Part shown: piece after piece, positions 60,901 to 64,000 of the stretch | Numbering within the stretch: the first letter of the stretch is position 1 | Layout of the letters: every line of letters starts with the position of its first letter | DNA from: Prorocentrum cordatum | Lineage: Eukaryota | Direction of reading: 5' to 3' | NCBI GenBank assembly: GCA_963575745.1 | Contig: CAUYUJ010000115.1 | Coordinates: 62,001 to 126,000, forward strand | Length of the DNA: 64,000 nt | The notes under the pieces: model-generated | Told to the model about the DNA's origin: nothing | Seen by the model: the letters and a program-made list of their open reading frames with translations, nothing else | Databases searched by the model: none | Position numbers and translations under genes: made by a program

Positions 60901-63900
60901 AGGCCGGAATGAGGCCGCCAACGGCCCCCAAGAGGCCCTAAGTGGCTTCCACATTGCCTCTAAGAGAGGGGCTGTTTTCAATGCTCTGGGGCCTTTCCAT
61001 GCTTGTCTTTGGGGCTGCAGTCCAGAGCGCCCCGGAGCGCTCCGGGAGCCCTTCGGGCGCTCCAGGATGGCGCCATGAGGGCCCCACACGGCGCCATGAG
61101 GGCCCCAGACGGTCCTTGCACGCTCCGGGAAGCCCCACAGAGCGTCCACGAGGCCCTTCAAATGGGCACGACACGACCCAAGCGAGCGCCAAGGCGCTCC
61201 GAGAGGTCTCCAAAAGGCCTCACAAGAGGGGCCCGAGAGGTCAAAATCGTTTGTGGTCCCAGGCTCTTCCAAAGATTTCCCGCTTGCCGCCAATTCAGCT
61301 TTCGGACACTCGAAGCAGCCCTGGAAGACTTCAAGGCCACCCCAAAAGGACCCAAAACGGCCCCAGGAGGCTCCCAGGAGGGCCCGAAGACGGGCCAAGA
61401 CCGCCCCAGCACGGCCCAAGGCGCGCTGAAGACGGCCACAGACGGCTCCAAGACGGCTCCACGAGGGTGCTAACACGGCCCAAGGCGCGCTCAAGACGGC
61501 CCAAGACGACTCCAAGACGGTCCCAAGAGGGTGCCAACACGGCCACAGATGGGCCCAAGACGGCCCAAGGAGGCGCCCAGTCGGGGCCTCAAGAAGGGCC
61601 AAGATAGCAAGAGAGCCCCAGCTGGCAAAAATAGTTGATTTTCCATTGTTTATTGTTACAGCCTTTGCATTTCCCGCCATTTCGGCGGTCGGATGCCCCA
61701 AGAGGCCCCAGAAAGTCCCAGGAGGGTCCGAGGAAACGCCCAGGAAGGCCCCAAGACGGGCGAAGACAGCCCCAGCACAACCCAAGGCGCGCTGCGACGG
61801 CTCAAGACGGCTCCAAGACAGCCCCAAGACAAGAGGGTGCCAACGCAGCCCCTGCTGGGTCCAGGACGGCCCAAGGAGGCGCACAGGAGGGGCCCAAGAC
61901 GACTCCAAGGCGGCCCCCTCACGGCCCCAAGACAGCCCCAAGATAGTGCCAACAAGGACCCCGATGGGCCCAGGACGGCCTACGGACGCGCCCATGAGGG
62001 GCCCACGACGAACCAAGACGGCCTCATCACGGCAAACGGTGCCCTCAAGACGGGCCTAGACGGCTCCAAGACGGCCCTTTGAGGGAGCCAACACGGCCCC
62101 ACACCCTTCGGGCGAACACTTGGGGGGACTGGGAGCTTGCGACAAGTCTCCCACATTCATTGTCCTGCCCCACTCTGTTCGCCTGGAGGCCTCCTCCAAC
62201 CCTGTGGGCGAACAAGAGGAAACCCAGCGGGCCGCCAACCCTGGGGCCCGTGGGCCCCGCGCCGCTTGGTCAGAAGACGAACGCCGGGTCTGACAGGCCA
62301 GCTACCGCCCCTTTGCCCGATATGCTGTGCCATTATGTTCCCCCAGGGGCCTTGGCAAACTCTTCGGGCCAACCAGACCGGACCCCTGGGACAGCAGCCA
62401 CTTGATATGACCCAGGCACCTCTCCGCACTCTTCGGACCACAGACCCTCTGGGCGAGCAGAATGGGACTTGGCGAACAAACCTTTCCGTTGGCGGCGATG
62501 CGACTGGATCGCACCAGAAGGCGTGCCCGGAGGTGATGGCCGACCTAAAAGCGGTTGCTGTTAAGATTTTACTGAATCACAAGCTTTCTTTAAGCTCTCT
62601 TGGGCCCTCCCTGTAGATCCTTGCGCTCCCCGGCGCTTTCGGTGGCTTTCCCCGATGGCCCCCCGAGCCCTTCCCCAGGCGCTCCTGAGACGCCTCAGAT
62701 GGGCTTCGACTTCGACACACATCCCCAAGCGACTTCGCAACTGCCCTCAAAAGGAGGGGGGTGACCGCGCAGTGCGCCGGGGCCCAGCTGCTGGAGCGCT
62801 GCAAGAACTCGGACACGAAGGCGCGGTCTCGCTGCCGCCGCCCGAGCCGCCGCCGTGTTTGTCGTCCCTCCGAGAACCATTCCAGAAAGATGTCGTGGAC
62901 GGAGTCCACGGGCCAGCCCTAGTCTCTACTACATTGCAGGGCCCAGTGCGTGCCAGAAGGGCGCAGGCTCTAATGAGTCAAAACCGCCCCGGGCTGGCTC
63001 CGGGCCGCCCCGGGCCGCCCAGGCAGGCTCCAGGACATGTCGAGAGGGCCCCCAGAAGCCCCCAAGACGGCCCCGGAGAGCCCCGGCACGCTTAAAGATG
63101 GGCCCAAGACGCCCGAGATTCGCCCCAGACGGCCCAAGAGGCGTCCAAGACGCCCGAAGAGGCCTCCCAAGAGGGCCCCGAGCGACAGAAATCGTATTTC
63201 TATTGTGTTTTTCGATGTTTTCGGCCTCCTCGCCTCTTCGGCTTCCCGACGCTCCAATACGGCCCAAGAAGTCCCCCCGACCGCTCCAAGACGGCCGAAG
63301 AGGACCCCAAGAGAGCCCCAAGACGGGCCAGGAGGGCCCCAAGACGGTCCCAAGACGCCCCAGGACGGCCCCAGGACGGCCCAGGAGGCGCCCAAGACGG
63401 CCCAAGAGGCACCCAAGACGGCCCCAGGAGCGGCCCAAGACGGCCCAAGACAGCCCAAGAGGCGCCGAGGCGGGCCTCAGACGGCCCCAAGACGGCCCAA
63501 GAGGCACCCAAGACGGCCCGAGAGGGCCCTAAGAGCCCCCCCGGGAGGCCCAAAAGAAGGCCGAAGAGGCTCCGAAACGGCCCCCACGAAGCCTTCAGTG
63601 GCTTCAGAATTCCCTCCAGGAGCGGGGGAGCGGACGAGAGGCGACAGGCATATCGCAGGCAAAAACGCCCCAAGAGATCCCCAAACGGCCCCCACGAAGC
63701 CCTAAGTGGCCTCAGAATTGCTTCCAGGAGGGGGGGAGCGGACGAGAGGCGACCGGCATATCGAATGCACAAAAGAACAATGTTGGACGCTCCGAGGGCC
63801 TTCGATGTTTCTCTGTTGGGGAGAGTCGTCGTAGGATCGACGATTGCCGACCGAGGGCATGGAGAATCCAGCGAAAGAGAAGAAGGTGGAAGAGGAGGAG

Positions 63901-64000
63901 GAGGAGGAGGAGGAGGCGGAGGAGGAGGAGGAGGAGGAGGAGGAGGGGGAGGAAGCAGCAGGACCTCCGAGCAGCAGCAGCAGCTGAGGAACACAGGAGA

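Noticed and set aside
58233..63994. Long ORFs rich in GPSWG / PKTAQ
   Set aside because: Stop-poor minisatellite read in several frames on both strands.

Overview
This is GC-rich, repeat-dense eukaryotic DNA, almost certainly from a dinoflagellate. The evidence is two relic DinoSL spliced-leader copies, GC/GA-donor introns and PPR exons; a Prorocentrum-like host is my inference. The main object is an 8.6-kb tyrosine-recombinase (DIRS-superfamily, split-direct-repeat A1...B1A2...B2) retrotransposon at 27575-36159, inserted in a (CCT)n tract. It encodes a small Cys-rich putative membrane ORF, a gag-position ORF, RT, RNase H, a tyrosine recombinase split by a 1.9-kb insertion, and a C5-cytosine DNA methyltransferase. 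With the insertion removed, the RNase H frame runs without a stop through the whole recombinase gene into the methyltransferase. Other mobile elements: a 5'-truncated LINE-like RT/zinc-finger/RNase H element (16626-20575), a LINE 3' fragment, an intron-containing KDZ-type transposase pseudogene (43929-46135, minus strand), and many MITE/foldback elements with TIRs and TSDs. Host-type genes: a divergent spliced MAK16-like gene, an intronless RPLP1 retrogene, and a PPR locus with a one-repeat (105-nt) exon and odd junctions. The rest is a duplicated satellite-like array plus abundant micro- and minisatellites. All family assignments come from reading motifs by eye; no database searches were run.
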